Counted from the first letter of the stretch, positions 11,330 to 23,465 are shown. The stretch: 64,000 bases of DNA from Scyliorhinus canicula (GCF_902713615.1 NW_024055478.1:124001-188000), one strand, 5' to 3'. Notes: a model not told the origin generated them from the sequence alone. Numbers and translations: made by a program.

Positions 11330-12270
11330 AGAGAGGCGGGGTGAGATGTGGAGGAAGAGAGAACTGGTCTGTGCGATGTGCTGCAAGAAGACAGGGTGAG
11401 AGAGAAAGAGGGTGGGAGGAGATAGAATGGGAGAGAAAGAGGGTGGGAGAAATAAAGAATAAAACGAGAGAAGGAGGTAGATTGTCTGAGAGAAAGGGAA
11501 GCAGAGAATGGAGCCGAGTGGGTGAGTGGATGAGGGAGGCAGATTGTGTGAGAAGGATGGTGTATAAAACACTGACATAATATCAGACATAAGTAAAGGA
11601 GAGAGCGACTGAGTGACTGAGGGAGTGGGAGAGGGAAAGAATGTGAGAGAAAGTTGGAGAGAAGTAAAGAGTGTGAGAGAACGTGTGAGAGACGGAAAGA
11701 GTGTGAGAGAATGAGAGAGAAAATGTGAGAGAGGGAAAAGTGTGAGAGAGCGAAAGAATGTGAGAGAAAGTGGGAGAGAGGGAAAGAGTGTGGGAGAAAG
11801 TGTGAGAGAGGGAAAGAGTGTGAGAGAAAGTGGGAGAGAAGTAAAGAGTGTGAGAGAGGGAAAGAGTGTGAGAGAAAGTGGGAGAGAAGTAAAGAGTGGG
11901 AGAGAGGGAAAGAGTGTGAGAGAAAGTGTGAGAGAGGGAAAGAGTGTGTGACGGAGCGAGGCATGCAGGGAGAGACAGAGGGAGGGTGAGTGTGTGAGAG
12001 AGGGATAGAGTGGGAGAGAGGGAGGATGAGTGAGGTAGCGAACATGTCAGATGGAGAGAGTGTGAGAGGGGAGAATGTGTGAGAGAGAGAGTGAGCACAA
12101 CAGAGAGAGAGAGTGCAAAAGGGGGAGAGAGTGCGAGAGAGGGTTAGAGTGCGAGAGAGGGAGAGAGTGCGAGAGAGGGAAGGAAGGTTAGAGTGCGAGA
12201 GAGGGAGAGAGAGAGTGCGAGAGAGGGAGTGTGAGAGGGGGAGAGAGTACGGGAGAGAGAGAGTGCGAGA
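11330..12270 (+). repeat. GA-rich low-complexity/microsatellite tract
   Basis: (gagagagggaaagagtgt)n-like composition. Confidence 0.9.
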
Positions 12271-12272
12271 GT

Positions 12273-12690
12273 GCGCTGCCTGTGCTTTTCATATTGAAAA
12301 CATCTCTGTTCCACCCAATAAAAACAGACGCACATTTCATAATCAGAGGGAAGTCTATCTTTTTTGAGGTTGCATTGCAATTATTGTTAAAAGCGGCTGT
12401 GCCACGTGTTTGCTTTCTGGCCTCTCACTGGGGAAAGACAAGTTCTATTCCAGCGAGAGAGTGTGAGTGAGAAAGTGTGTGTGAGAGGGAGGGAGTGTGA
12501 TAGAGGGAGAGAGTGTGAGAGAGGGAGAGTGTGAGCGAGGGCAAAGAAAGCAAACACGTGGCACAGCCGCTTTTAACAATAATTGCAATGCAACCTCAAA
12601 AAAGATAGACTTCCCTCTGATTATGAAATGTGCGTCTGTTTTTATTGGGTGGAACAGAGATGTTTTCAATATGAAAAGCACAGGCAGCGC
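12273..12690. repeat. Inverted repeat: 146-bp arms (12273-12418 / 12545-12690), ~126-nt loop
   Basis: The arms are exact reverse complements as read by eye. Confidence 0.85.
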
Positions 12691-12812
12691 CCAGGGTCAG
12701 ACAGATTGGAACTTACAATGAAGTTGATGCTGTGAAGTAATGAGTCAGCTAAAGTTACACCTGACTCCAGCTTCTCCCTCTCAAACTGCAGGGTAAACTC
12801 TATCATATTGTG

Positions 12813-13065
12813 ATGTGGAGATGCCGGCATTGGACTGGGGTGAGCACAGTAAGAAGTCTTACAAAACCAGGTTAAAGTCCAACAGGTTTGTTTCAAACAC
12901 GAGCTTTCGGAGCGCAGCTCCTTCCTCAGGTGAATGGAGAGGTATCATCCAGAAACATTTATATAGACAAAGTCAGAGATGCTGTACAATGCTTGGAATG
13001 CGAGCATTTGCAGGTAATCAAATCATTACAGATCCAGGGAGAGGGATAATCACAGGTTAAAGAGG
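12813..13065 (-). mobile_element. Penelope-like element terminal repeat (pLTR); paralogous copy at ~30180-30430
   Basis: Same gatgtggagatgccggc...caggtgaatgg segment that flanks the GIY-YIG ORF at 17623-18045. Confidence 0.75.
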
Positions 13066-13069
13066 AACT

Positions 13070-15485
13070 GCTGCAAATAGTGATGTGCGACGCACTACAA
13101 ATAATGATGTACTGACCATGGACCACAGTAAATAATGATATTCTACCCAGGGACCACTGTACTAATGATATACTACCGAGGGCCGCTTTAAATAATGGCA
13201 TACTACACAGGCAACACTGTAAATAAAGATATATCACCCAGTGACCACTGTAAATGATAATATAGTTTCCAGGGAGCACTGTTAATAATGAAATTCCACC
13301 CTCGGACCTTGGTAAATAATGATGAACTTCACAGGACAACTGTAAATAATGATATATTGCCAAGATACCACGGCAAATAATGATATACTACCCAGGGACC
13401 TCTGTAAATAATGATATACTACCCAGGGGCCTCTGTAAATAATGATATACTACCCAGGGGCCTCTGTAAATAATGATATACTACCCAGCGACCACTAGAA
13501 ATAATGATGTAATATCCAGGACCACTGTAAATAACGAAATCACACGCTCGGACCGTTGCAAATAATGATGTACTACAACTGGGCCGCTGTAAATAATGGC
13601 ATACTGCCCTGGGACAACTGATATAATAGAATAGTAGCCAGGGACCACTGTAAATAATGATACACTACCCAGGGACCACTGTAAATAATGATACACTACC
13701 CAGGGACCACTGTAAATAATGATATACTACACAGGGACCACTGTAAATAATGATATCCTACCCAGGGACCACTGTAAATTATGATAAACTACCCAGGGAC
13801 CACTGTCAATAATGATATCCTACCCAAGGACCACTGTAAATAATGATATACTACCCAAGGACTACAGTAAATAATGATATACTGCCCAGGGGCCACTTAA
13901 ATAATAGAATAGTAACCAGGGACACTGTAAATAATGATATCCTACCCAGGGACCACTGTAAATAATGATACACTACACAGGGACCACTGAAATAATAGAA
14001 TAGTAGTCAGGGACCACTGTAAATAATGATACACTACACAGGGACCACTGTAACTAATGATATACTACACAGGGATCACTGTAAATAATGAAATTACACG
14101 CTGGGACCGTTGTAAATAATGATGTACTATACAGGGGCCAATGTAAAGAATGACATTTTACCAGGGACCACTGGAAATAATGATATACTGGCCAGGGACC
14201 ACTCTAAATAAGGATTATACTATCCAGAGACCTCTGTAAATAACGAACCTACATGCTGGGCCGCTGTATATAATGATGTACTACACAGTGACGACTGTAA
14301 ATAAAATATCCTATCTAGGGCCCCAGCAAATAACTAAATCAAACGAAATTAAACGAAATTAAATCATGATATATGACACGGGACCACTGTATATAATGAT
14401 ATACTGCCCAGGGACCACTGTATATAATGATACACATTCCAGGGACCACTGTAAATAATGATATACTATCCAGGGACCACTGTAAATAATGATATACTGG
14501 CCAGGAACAATTGTGAACAGTGAAATTCCACTCTGGGACCGTTGTAAATAATTATGTACTGCAAAGGGACCTCTGAAAAAAATGAATACCTCCCAGAGAC
14601 CACAACATATAAAGATATACTGCCCAGGGACCACTGTAAATAATGACATGCTACCCACGGTCCATTGTAAATAATGATATACTACCCAGGAACCATTGTA
14701 AATAATGATATAGTGTCCAGGGCCACCTGTAAATAATGAAATCACACGCTCGGACCGTTGCAAATAATGATGTACTACAACTGGGCCACTGTAAATAATG
14801 GCATACTGCCCTGGGACAACTGATATAGTAGAATAGTAGCCAGGGACCACTGTAAATAACGATACACTACACAGGGACCATTGTAAATAATGATATACTA
14901 CACAGGGACCACTGTAAATAATGATATCCTACCCAGGGACCACTGTAAATTATGATAAACTACCCAGGGACCACTGTAAATAATGATATACTACACAGGG
15001 ACCACTGTCAATAATGATATCCTACCCAGGGACCACTGTAAATAATGATATACTACCCAAGGACTACAGTAAATAATGATATACTGCCCAGGGGCCACTT
15101 AAATAATAGAATAGTAGCCAGGGACACTGTAAATAATGATATCCTACCCAGGGACCACTGTAAATAATTATGTACTGCCCAGGGACCACTGAAATAATAG
15201 AATAGTAGTCAGGGACCACTGTAAATAATGATACACTACCCAGGGACCACTGTAACTAATGATATACTACACAGGGCCCACTGTAAATAATAATATACTA
15301 CCCAGGGACCACTGTAAATAATGAAATTACACGCTGGGACCGCTGTAAATAATGATGTACTATACAGGGGCCACTGTAAAGAATGACATTTTACCAGGGA
15401 CCACTGGAAATAATGATATACTGGCCAGGGACCACTCTAAATAAGGATATACTATCCAGAGACCTCTGTAAATAACGAACCTACA
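13070..15485 (+). repeat. 31-bp satellite (cccagggaccactgtaaataatgatatacta) with higher-order internal duplications
   Basis: Period 31 (13391 to 13422); 14850-15480 repeats 13680-14260. Confidence 0.95.
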
Positions 15486-16147
15486 CGCTGTCTGCGGAGC
15501 GAAATGGCAGCTGTCGTTTCCAGTCAAGTGGACTCTTTGTCAAAGCTGGAGAACTGGAATTGGAGATTCAGACGATTGTGGGGGGCGGGGGCTGCTGTTT
15601 TGGGCCTCGATAGAGGGCTAGCAATAGGTGGGAAATGACGAAACTGTCTCGGGAAGAAAGAAAAAGGGAATGTAAATGAGCCTAATCAAGGCTATGAAAG
15701 GTGCTGATGGCGCTTCAAGCGGTCAGAATGTGTTAATGGCAGAACAAAGGTAAGCAGTGCCTCAGAGAACAATTACAAACAGGGATCAGATTGATGAAGT
15801 AGGATGGTATGGGCTGGGGGAGGGGGGCAATGCTGAGGGTAAAACATATCAATGGAAGGAATGATAAGTTGATGGAAAAAACATGTGGTGGAGGGGGAAG
15901 TGAGAGTTCACAGTCTGAAGTTGTTGAACTGATAAAATGAAAGGGACAGAGAGCTGTCAGAGTCCACCAGAATTAGTCAATAGAAATGTGAATGCCCACA
16001 CATAGACAAGCTTCTCGGGAACGTATTGGTTCCATGCAGTTTGAGCTCAGCTTCTCAAAGCAAACCCAATGTGAATGAATCCCGCCGTCTCCGCCGCAAA
16101 GAAATGAAGGAAACATGCGGCTTGACCAACGGGAAAACCTCATCGAA

Positions 16148-16237
16148 GGGCTCGTCCGGCATTTGAAGCCGGGTCCTCTCGCAAATTCCGACAGCGACAC
16201 ACCCAAAGCGAGAATCATACCCCTAGACCAACGAGCC
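16148..16237 (-). tRNA. tRNA-Pro-TGG: tRNA-Pro(TGG) with 18-nt intron; variant T-arm (C53:G61), probably weak or pseudo
   Basis: GGCTCGTTGGTCTAGGGGTATGATTCTCGCTTTGGG[18 nt]TGCGAGAGGACCCGGCTTCAAATGCCGGACGAGCCC. Confidence 0.75.
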
Positions 16238-17186
16238 CCCAAAAAGAGTCAAAGTATACTGTCATTGCCATCGAAAATCAATCTAACATCTGCGGAGAAC
16301 GCCAAAAGTACTGCAACATCTCAGGGAGTCAGGCGGCATTTGTCGACAGGACAACAAAGTTCGTCTTTCACCATCACCTTTCATTAAAACCGGGACAGGT
16401 TAGAAATGTGGGACGTCTTAACCAAGTGAACTCCCGGAGGGAGGAAACAGAACAACAGGAAAGGGCTCTAATAGGGGGCAAGTCAGGAGAGATTAAATGA
16501 GAAGAGGCCTTGGAACCCTGGCCACAGAGTTAGGTTAGCATCAAATCAGAGAATAATGACACCACAGTATGAGGCCATTCCGGCCGCCGTGTCTGTGCCA
16601 GCTCTCTGTTAGCGCAATGGAAGAAACAAAGAAACAAAAGATATGTCTGGAGGAGCTATCGATGGCATATTGATCAACAACTACCGCCCGGACACAAAGA
16701 ACAAGTGGAAACAAGATTGAAACCCAAATCTGCGATATGAGGACACACAAAATGGGTGCAGCATTTACAGTGTGAAACTACTGAACACACACTGAGTGTG
16801 AAAGCTGTATTGAGCCCAGTGGAAAGATGCGCTGCTGTTCCTCGAGTGGCTGTTGAGCTTCTTTGGAACATTTTACGACGCCGAGGTCCGGGAGGTCAGC
16901 GTTAAGATCCAGCTCCCCAGTCAGTTCAATTCTCCACTTTGGCTCTGTGGATTAGATGGGTCACGTCCCTGTGGTTAACACAGATCTGGAGCATCAATTT
17001 TATCCAAACGCACTCCAGCTCAGACACTGTCTCTCTCTCTCTCTCTCTCTCTCTCGAGCATCATCTGTGGGGAGAGAAACGACGTAAACATTCCGAGTCC
17101 TGAGAAATCTTTTTCAGAGTGGGCCAATGTAAATCAACCCTGCCGTCAGCATCGTAAACAATTCGTAATCCCTGACCTGGAGTAAA

Positions 17187-17276
17187 GAGCCTGTCCTGGA
17201 TTTAAACCCACGACCACTCCCATAGGCATTGCTTGAAAATCCTTAAACGAGAACCAGACCTCGAGACCAAAGAGCA
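17187..17276 (-). pseudogene. Highly decayed tRNA-Pro-like gene with 18-nt insert at the intron position; copies at 35027-35115, 37814-37903, 61739-61828, and interrupted at ~59078-59390
   Basis: Collinear over 90 nt with the intron-containing Pro gene (GTGCTCTTTGGTCTCGAGGTCTGGTTCTCGTTTAAGG[18]TGGGAGTGGTCGTGGGTTTAAATCCAGGACAGGCTC). Confidence 0.6.
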
Positions 17277-17358
17277 CAAATTTAAGACCGACATTTAGCA
17301 AAATATAACTTATGTTAATTTCGATATAATTTCTACATCTCACGGCTTTATATATTGA

Positions 17359-18165
17359 TGTGGAGATGCCGGCGTTGGACTGGGGTGAGCACAGTAAGAA
17401 GTCTTACAACACCAGGTTAAAGTCCAACAGGTTTGTTTCAAACACGAGCTTTCGGAGCACGGCTCCTTCTTCAGGTGAATGGAAAGGCTTGTTCCAGAAA
17501 TGTTTATATAGACACAGTCAGAGATGCCCCGGAATGCGAGCACCTGCAGGCAATCAAATCATCAAAGATGCAGAGAGAGAGGTAACTCCAGGTTAAAGAG
17601 GTGTGAATTGTCCCAAGCCAGTTCAGTCGGTAGGCCTCTGCAAGTCCAGGCTTGTTGGTGGGGGCCGAATGTAATGCGACATGAATCCCAGATCCCGGTT
17701 GAGTCCGCATTCATGCGTGCGGAACTTAGCTATAAGTTTTTGCTCAGCAATTTTGCGTTGTCGCGTCTCCTGAAGGCCTCCTTGTAGAATGCTGACCCGG
17801 AGATCAGAGGCTGAATGTCCTTGACTGCTGAAGTGTTCCCCAACTGGAAGGGAACAGTCCTGCCTGTTGATAGTCGCACGATGCCCGTTTATTCGTTGTC
17901 GCAGTGTCTGCATGGTCTCGCCAATGTACCACGCTTCGGGACATCCTTTCCTGCAGCGTATGAGGTAGACTACATTGGTCGAGTCGCACGAGTATGCGCC
18001 GCGTACCTGGTGGGTGGTGTTTCCACGTGTAATGGTGGTGTCCATGTCGATGATCTGGCATGTCTTGCAGAGATTACCCTGGCAGGGTTTTGTGGTCGGT
18101 GGCAGAGTCTTTCAGCGTAGTCTGTGTTGTAAGTCGACTTGAGTGGGTTTTTGATCTGTTGAGAC
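17359..18165 (-). mobile_element. 5'-truncated Penelope-like retroelement (GIY-YIG endonuclease plus pLTR) inserted in a tRNA cassette
   Basis: ORF 17623-18045 has VVYLIRC...WYIGET...R..GH...GLN GIY-YIG motifs, with CKTC upstream; 9-bp TSD atatattga at 17350-17358 and 18166-18174. Confidence 0.9.
17443..17477 (-). ncRNA. Minimal hammerhead ribozyme-like motif in the Penelope pLTR; similar copies at 12898-12932, ~30266-30300, ~44456-44493, 57358-57397 (+), 59222-59290
   Basis: cac-CTGAAGA-A-GGAGC(cgt)GCTCC-GAA-AGCT-C-gtg: core boxes, stem II, palindromic stem III. Confidence 0.6.
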
Positions 18166-18298
18166 ATATATTGAGACATCTGTTAATTTAAGAAACATCT
18201 GTCGCTTGCAACAAGGGACCTGGCCTCTCAAACAGACCATCAGAATCTGCAGCAACACAGTGAGGTTGTACATTCCGCACGTCCATTGATTGCCAGCG

Positions 18299-18371
18299 GT
18301 TTATGTAGTGTAGTGGTTATCACGTTCGCCTCACACGCGAAAGGTCCCCGGTCCGAAACCGGGCAGAAACA
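18299..18371 (+). tRNA. tRNA-Val-CAC: tRNA-Val(CAC)-like, mutated acceptor stem and B-box (probable pseudogene)
   Basis: GTTTATGTAGTGTAGTGGTTATCACGTTCGCCTCACACGCGAAAGGTCCCCGGTCCGAAACCGGGCAGAAACA. Confidence 0.75.
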
Positions 18372-18546
18372 TCGAACATTTAGCATTTCGTGTGAGAAAA
18401 GTTTGCACAATTATCGGGCACAAAATAATTCTGTTTCCTGAATGTTGCCGGAATCTCGTGTGTTCCAGGACTATGAAATTTCGTCTCACTTGAGCCACTA
18501 CACTGAATTGAGCATTCAGGCCCAAGCACTGAATTTCAGCAGTCAA

Positions 18547-18872
18547 TGGGGCCTCACGGTAGCATGGTGGTTAGCATCAATGCTTCACAGCTCTGGGGTC
18601 CCAGGTTCGATTCCCAGCTGGGTCACTGGCTGTGTGGAGTCTGCACGTCCGTGTGTGCGTGGGTTTCCTCCGGGTGCTCCGGTTTCCTCCCACAGTCCAA
18701 AGATGTGCGGGTTAGGTGGATTGGCCATGCTAAATTGCCCGTAGTATAAGGTTAATGGGGGGATTGTTGGGTTACGGGTATACGGGTTACGTGGGTTTAA
18801 GTAGGGTGATCATTGCTCGGCACAACATTGAGGGCCGAAGGGCCTGTTCTGTGCTGTACTGTTCTATGTTCT
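18547..18872 (+). mobile_element. Full-length V-SINE inserted in the tRNA cassette
   Basis: SINE consensus; absent from sister cassettes. Confidence 0.85.
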
Positions 18873-19409
18873 AATGAGAGGTGAAGAATTTTCATATCTT
18901 GGCACACCTCGGATATTAGCAGCGAGTTCATTCACAACAGAATTTTAGCGATTTACAAATGAACACATTTAATCACCATCTCAAACATGTCTAAAACGCA
19001 AACAAAAACAGAAAATACTGGATAATCTCAGCAGGTCTGACAGCCTCTGGGGAGCGAAATGGCAGCTGTCGTTTCCAGTCAAGTGGACTCTTTGTCAAAG
19101 CTGGAGAACTGGAACTGGAGATTCAGGCGATTGTGTGTGGGGGGGGGGGGGGGTGGTGGAGTGCTGTATTGGGCCTCGATAGAGGGCTAGCAATAGGTGG
19201 GAAATGACGAAAATGTCTCGGGCAGAAAGAAAAAGGGAATGTAAATGAGGCTAAACAAGGCTATGAAAGGTGCTGATGGCGCATCAAGCGGTCAGAATGT
19301 GTTAATGGCAGAACAAAGGTAAGCAGTGCGTCAGAGAACAATTACAAACAGGGATCAGATTGCTGAAGTAGGATGGTATGGGCTGGGGGGAGGGGGGCAA
19401 TGCTGAGGG

Positions 19410-19927
19410 ACAGGTTAGAAATCAGAAGGGCGTTCAGTGCAGTTAAATTGCGAATATACAGACCGGACGATGTACCACATGCTGTGGTATCAGCAAAATC
19501 GGCACAGCCGCCGAGATTGGTCATCATTAACATATTGACGATGAGGGCAGCGTGTGGCGCAGTGGCTAGCACTGGGACTGCGGCGCTGAGGACCCGGCCC
19601 TGGGTCACTGTCCGTGTGGAGTTTGCACATTCTCCCCATGTCTGCGTGGGTTTCACCCCCACAACCCAAAGATGTGCAGGTTAGGTGGATTGGCCACGCT
19701 AAATTGCCCCTTAATTGGAAAAAAATAATTGGCTACTCTAAATTTATAAAAAAAAACATATTGACGATGAAGAAAGAGGAGATCTCAGGACGATATCTGG
19801 CGGCTGCCAACAAATCTAAAAAGAATGGTTACCTCAATATAAACGCGCTCAGTGTGGAGGACGGGGCGGTCTATTACTGTGCAATGAGCACAGTGTCACA
19901 AAGCAGCTACAACCACGTACGAAAGCC
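19410..19927 (+). pseudogene. TCR alpha/delta-type V pseudogene (5'-truncated, SINE-interrupted) with 23-RSS
   Basis: EGRSVQLNCEY...WYQQ...; ...LNINALSVEDGAVYYCAM; CACAGTG 19889-19895, 23-nt spacer, acgaaagcc 19919-19927; SINE at 19545-19755 with TSD acatattgacgatga. Confidence 0.85.
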
Positions 19928-20552
19928 TCAGAGAGTATTTTCAATTCCAGTAAATTTGCGTTCCTGCCCTTGTACCGGAGGATGGTTTGATCTGGATTCA
20001 GAAAAATACTCAGGTCTATTTCTCCACAATTGCATTGCCGGCTCTGTCCTTGTATTGGTCAATAGAGGATTCGTGAGATTAATCAGCATGTCGCGATGCA
20101 CAGTAAATTTAAGCTTGGAATATCCACTTCCGAGCAGCAGCAGAAAGTTCTCAGATGTGGGGATAATAAAATCTTCCAGGGCCGTTAACTTAGGTCGACC
20201 TTATGCCAATGAGTCTGAGCCCCCAGTAGTCTTCAGCGGAACATCGACTTTCTGATCGAAAATACATCAAATCTATGTTGACATTTCCTGCTTTCTGTTC
20301 TGGAGGTTCCCAGATAAGGGACGTGTTTCAACGAAAGTGTGGTGCTGTCCAAGTGAGTTCTGTAAAATCCACGGACCTGTGATGATTCCACGTCTCACAA
20401 ATGTCCATGCCCGCGGGACCATGTGTACGCTCCTTCCAGATATTTTCCGCACTGCCTCAGGGGACCAATATTGCCAGCATTCTCATTCGGTCCCTGGCAA
20501 TCAGAGGATTGCCCGTCACTGTTGAAATGCACAGAGCTGTGATCTTGTTGTC

Positions 20553-20609
<57 letters not shown>

Positions 20610-20626
20610 GATCCCAGCCAGAGACG
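20553..20626 (+). tRNA. tRNA-Asn-GTT: tRNA-Asn(GTT), two stem mismatches; 5'-truncated paralog at 41821-41887
   Basis: GTCTCCGTGGCGCAATCGGTTAGCGCGTTCGGCTGTTAACCGAAAGGTTGGTGGTTCGATCCCAGCCAGAGACG. Confidence 0.85.
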
Positions 20627-20699
20627 AATTGTTGTTCCACTACTGGATGATATCTGTTTAGGACAGGGCTAAATCACTGGCTTACCAAGCAAGTCAGAG

Positions 20700-21570
20700 A
20701 GGCTGATCATTAAACGCATCACCTCCATACCCGCTTCAATTCGCATACCGTCGCAAGCGGTCCACATCAGACGCCATTTCCCTGGCCCTACATTCATCCC
20801 TAGAGCATCTCGAAAGCAAGGACTCCTACATCAGACTCCTATTTATTGAATACAGCTCCGCCTTCAACGCCATAATCCCAGTCAAGCTCATATCAAAGCT
20901 CCAAAACCTAGGACTTGGCACCCCCCCACTCCAGTTGGCAACTGGATCCTTGACTTTCTGACCAACAGACCACAGTCAGTAAGAATGAACACCAACACCT
21001 CCTCCACAATAGTCCTCAAAACTGTTGCCCCGCAAGGCTGGGTACTTAGCCCCCTACTCTACTCTCTGTACACACACGACTGCGTCGCAAAACTTGGTTC
21101 CAACTCCATCTACAAGTTGGCTGACGATACGACCAGAGTGGGCCGGATCTTGAATAACGACGAGTCCGAATACAGGAGGGAGATAGAGAACCTAGTGGAG
21201 TGGTGTCACGACAACAATCTCTCCCTCAATGCCAGCAAAACTAAAGAGCTGGTCATCGACTTCAGGAAGCAAAGTACTGTGCACACCCCTATCAGCATCA
21301 ACGTGGACGAGGTGGAGATGGTTAGCAGTTTCCTCACTGTCACCAGACTCCGAAATGACTCTCTTATTGACTGACTGTGTGCTTCAACCGATGCCAATGC
21401 ATATGTAGTTACATTGTATATCTTGTGTTGCCCTATTATGTAGTCCCATGTATTTTCTTGAAATTTGTTTAATTCCCTTTTCTTCCATGTACTGAATGAT
21501 CTGTTGAGCTGCTTGTAGAAAAATACTTTTCACTGTACCTCGGTAATAAACAAATCCAATCCAATAACCC
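20700..21570 (+). mobile_element. Rex1/Babar-type non-LTR retrotransposon fragment; paralog at ~41990-42850; 3' end also at ~51650-52030
   Basis: RT motifs YSSAFN..., APQGWVLSPLLYSLYTHDC, KLADDT, NASKTKELVIDFRK; (ccaat)n tail. Confidence 0.8.
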
Positions 21571-21714
21571 GTCTTGCTCCATTTTCACATAATAATAAAT
21601 GGCGATGGTCTTTCTGACCGCCCTCTCGCATCCACCTTGAGAGATGAATATCACCCCCCCCCCCCACCCCAAACCACACACACACACACATATACCCCTA
21701 CCCCTCTTGGTGTC

Positions 21715-22225
21715 GGTTTGTTTCTGGGACCCACTGCCTTTCTGCTATAATGTGATTGACGGCACAGGCACATAAAGGGATCTCTATATTTTTGTGCTGG
21801 TATTTCTCTATTTATATGTGTCATATTGCGATCACTTCTACATTTGCTGCTACGCAGATTCTCTCCAATCAGACGGAATATGAACCGTGCAGGCTGCCCG
21901 GATGCTGACTGTGTATCAGGATCGTCAGTATCGATTGTACTGCTGTGTGGCGTCAGTATCCTCTTCAACCCTCATTTCAGCGTCCAGATGTTCCACTGGG
22001 TCTTGGTGGCTCCAGTCTGATAGAAACGAACAGAAAACAATAATAATCTCAAAATTCAGAATCAGCCTCATATTGACCAACGTAACGGTCACCTGCACCA
22101 TACTCATTATTATTTAATTAACAATAATATCTGGTTACTCAGTAAGGGGAGAATGGGGGTTTTGCATTGAAGGAAATACTGAGTAGCGAGATCATAACGA
22201 AGAGGGTGACGAGGCAGTTCCCCGC
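21715..22225 (-). pseudogene. Degenerate TCR V segment (WSHQD family) with decayed leader and RSS; paralog at 43010-43520
   Basis: DWSHQDPVEH start after the acceptor, frameshifts, no Cys/Trp, leader lacks ATG; RSS-like cacatta-24 nt-aaacaaacc; promoter 22270-22520 homologous to 28290-28550. Confidence 0.7.
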
Positions 22226-22768
22226 GATCGTTCCTGAATCAATCGCTCTTCAGGGCAGGCAATTATCTGTCAGAGCAGCAATCCAGATTCAGGTCCCACT
22301 GCATTGCTGATCCAACCAATGACAGGAATCGAGCAGCGGCAGCAATGTCTAGAATATCCCAATGGTGTTGGAGCGAGGGCATCACACGGAAACTGTGACC
22401 GGGGCACCGCAGACTCAAAGCTGAAAATTGTGCGGCGGTTATCAGCTGCAGTCACAAGTGATGGAGCGGAAATAGCGACAGTTGAGCACCCAGCATCCCG
22501 TGACCATCCTGCACCTGCTCAACTCACTGAGAACAATATAGTGTCGGAGGGGTGGGGGCAGATTGAACTGACGCTACCTGCGCCTATTTGAAATAACTTT
22601 TTCTATTGCCCTTTTTACCCTGCATTTAAATCCCGCGGGGTTTTCCGTTCTCAAGTTCTGACAATCCTTTTTGAAATGTTCTATTGATTCTTCTTCTCTC
22701 ATCAATTGTTGCGCCAGACTCCAAATGATAACAACTCACAGTGCAATCAACCTCACTTGACTGCATAA

Positions 22769-22840
22769 GGTGCGGTGGCCAAGAGGAAAGGCGTTGGTTT
22801 CGTAAACCAAAAATCGCGGGTTCAAATCCCGCCCGTGCCT
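22769..22840 (+). tRNA. tRNA-Thr-CGT: tRNA-Thr(CGT); more mutated paralog at 44062-44134
   Basis: GGTGCGGTGGCCAAGAGGAAAGGCGTTGGTTTCGTAAACCAAAAATCGCGGGTTCAAATCCCGCCCGTGCCT; anticodon and T stems fully paired. Confidence 0.8.
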
Positions 22841-23271
22841 CGGTGCTGATCCATTCAAAGACGTTTCATTGTCTCGCAAACGCTTGCAGCATGAAATATC
22901 ATTCACCTATCTTCTTTATAGGACATTTAACCTAATGAAAGTCAATCTGGTCTCTGAAAAAAGCGATTTTCAGAGCAGTTCCCCTTTTGTACCTTCTTCG
23001 TCAGAACCACAATAAACTGCTATTATTCTGAGTTCTAACCTCCAATGTCCACCAAAATCTTGGCATTCTTTCGACTTCATCGCATCCATGGTGTGAACCG
23101 AGAACTACAGATTAAGCATCATTTTTTGAATAGAAACACCTATAGTGACAAAGATAGTGTATTAACAGCTGAAATTTAGATTTCTGTCCAGGTTTCTCGC
23201 CCTGACATGCATTGCAGTCAACACTGAATCCACTCAACAGCCGAATTCTAACACGGAGTAAACCGAATCCG

Positions 23272-23361
23272 GCAGCAGAGGGCGCCAAATTCAAGCACGG
23301 GCGTCAGAAACTCACCTGATGGTGTCGGCCAAGCCGATAGGATGGGAGGCGAGTGATGTCA
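23272..23361 (+). promoter_or_regulatory. V-gene promoter module: CTCF-like motif (23272-23285) plus CRE-like decamer AGTGATGTCA (23352-23361); repeated at 44725-44814 and 52068-52137
   Basis: gcagcagagggcgc / ccagcagagggcgc match the CTCF core; the decamer matches the TCR V promoter AGTGAYRTCA consensus; ~105-125 nt upstream of the leader ATG. Confidence 0.65.
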
Positions 23362-23465
23362 CAATAGTGACACGAGTGATCTCCCTGCACTGCAGTAAAT
23401 TCCCTCTCTCCTACACAATCCCTGACTCAGTCCAGTTCAGTTCACTGGGAGAGATTCAGTCAGAC

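Noticed and set aside
11320-12380. Long Ser/Leu/His- or Arg/Glu-rich ORFs
   Set aside because: Translations of GA microsatellite.
13070-15485. CRISPR-like 31-bp repeats
   Set aside because: No unique spacers, no cas genes, vertebrate context; ordinary satellite.
18255-18290. CACAGTG upstream of each tRNA-Val as an RSS
   Set aside because: No nonamer-like sequence at 12 or 23 nt.
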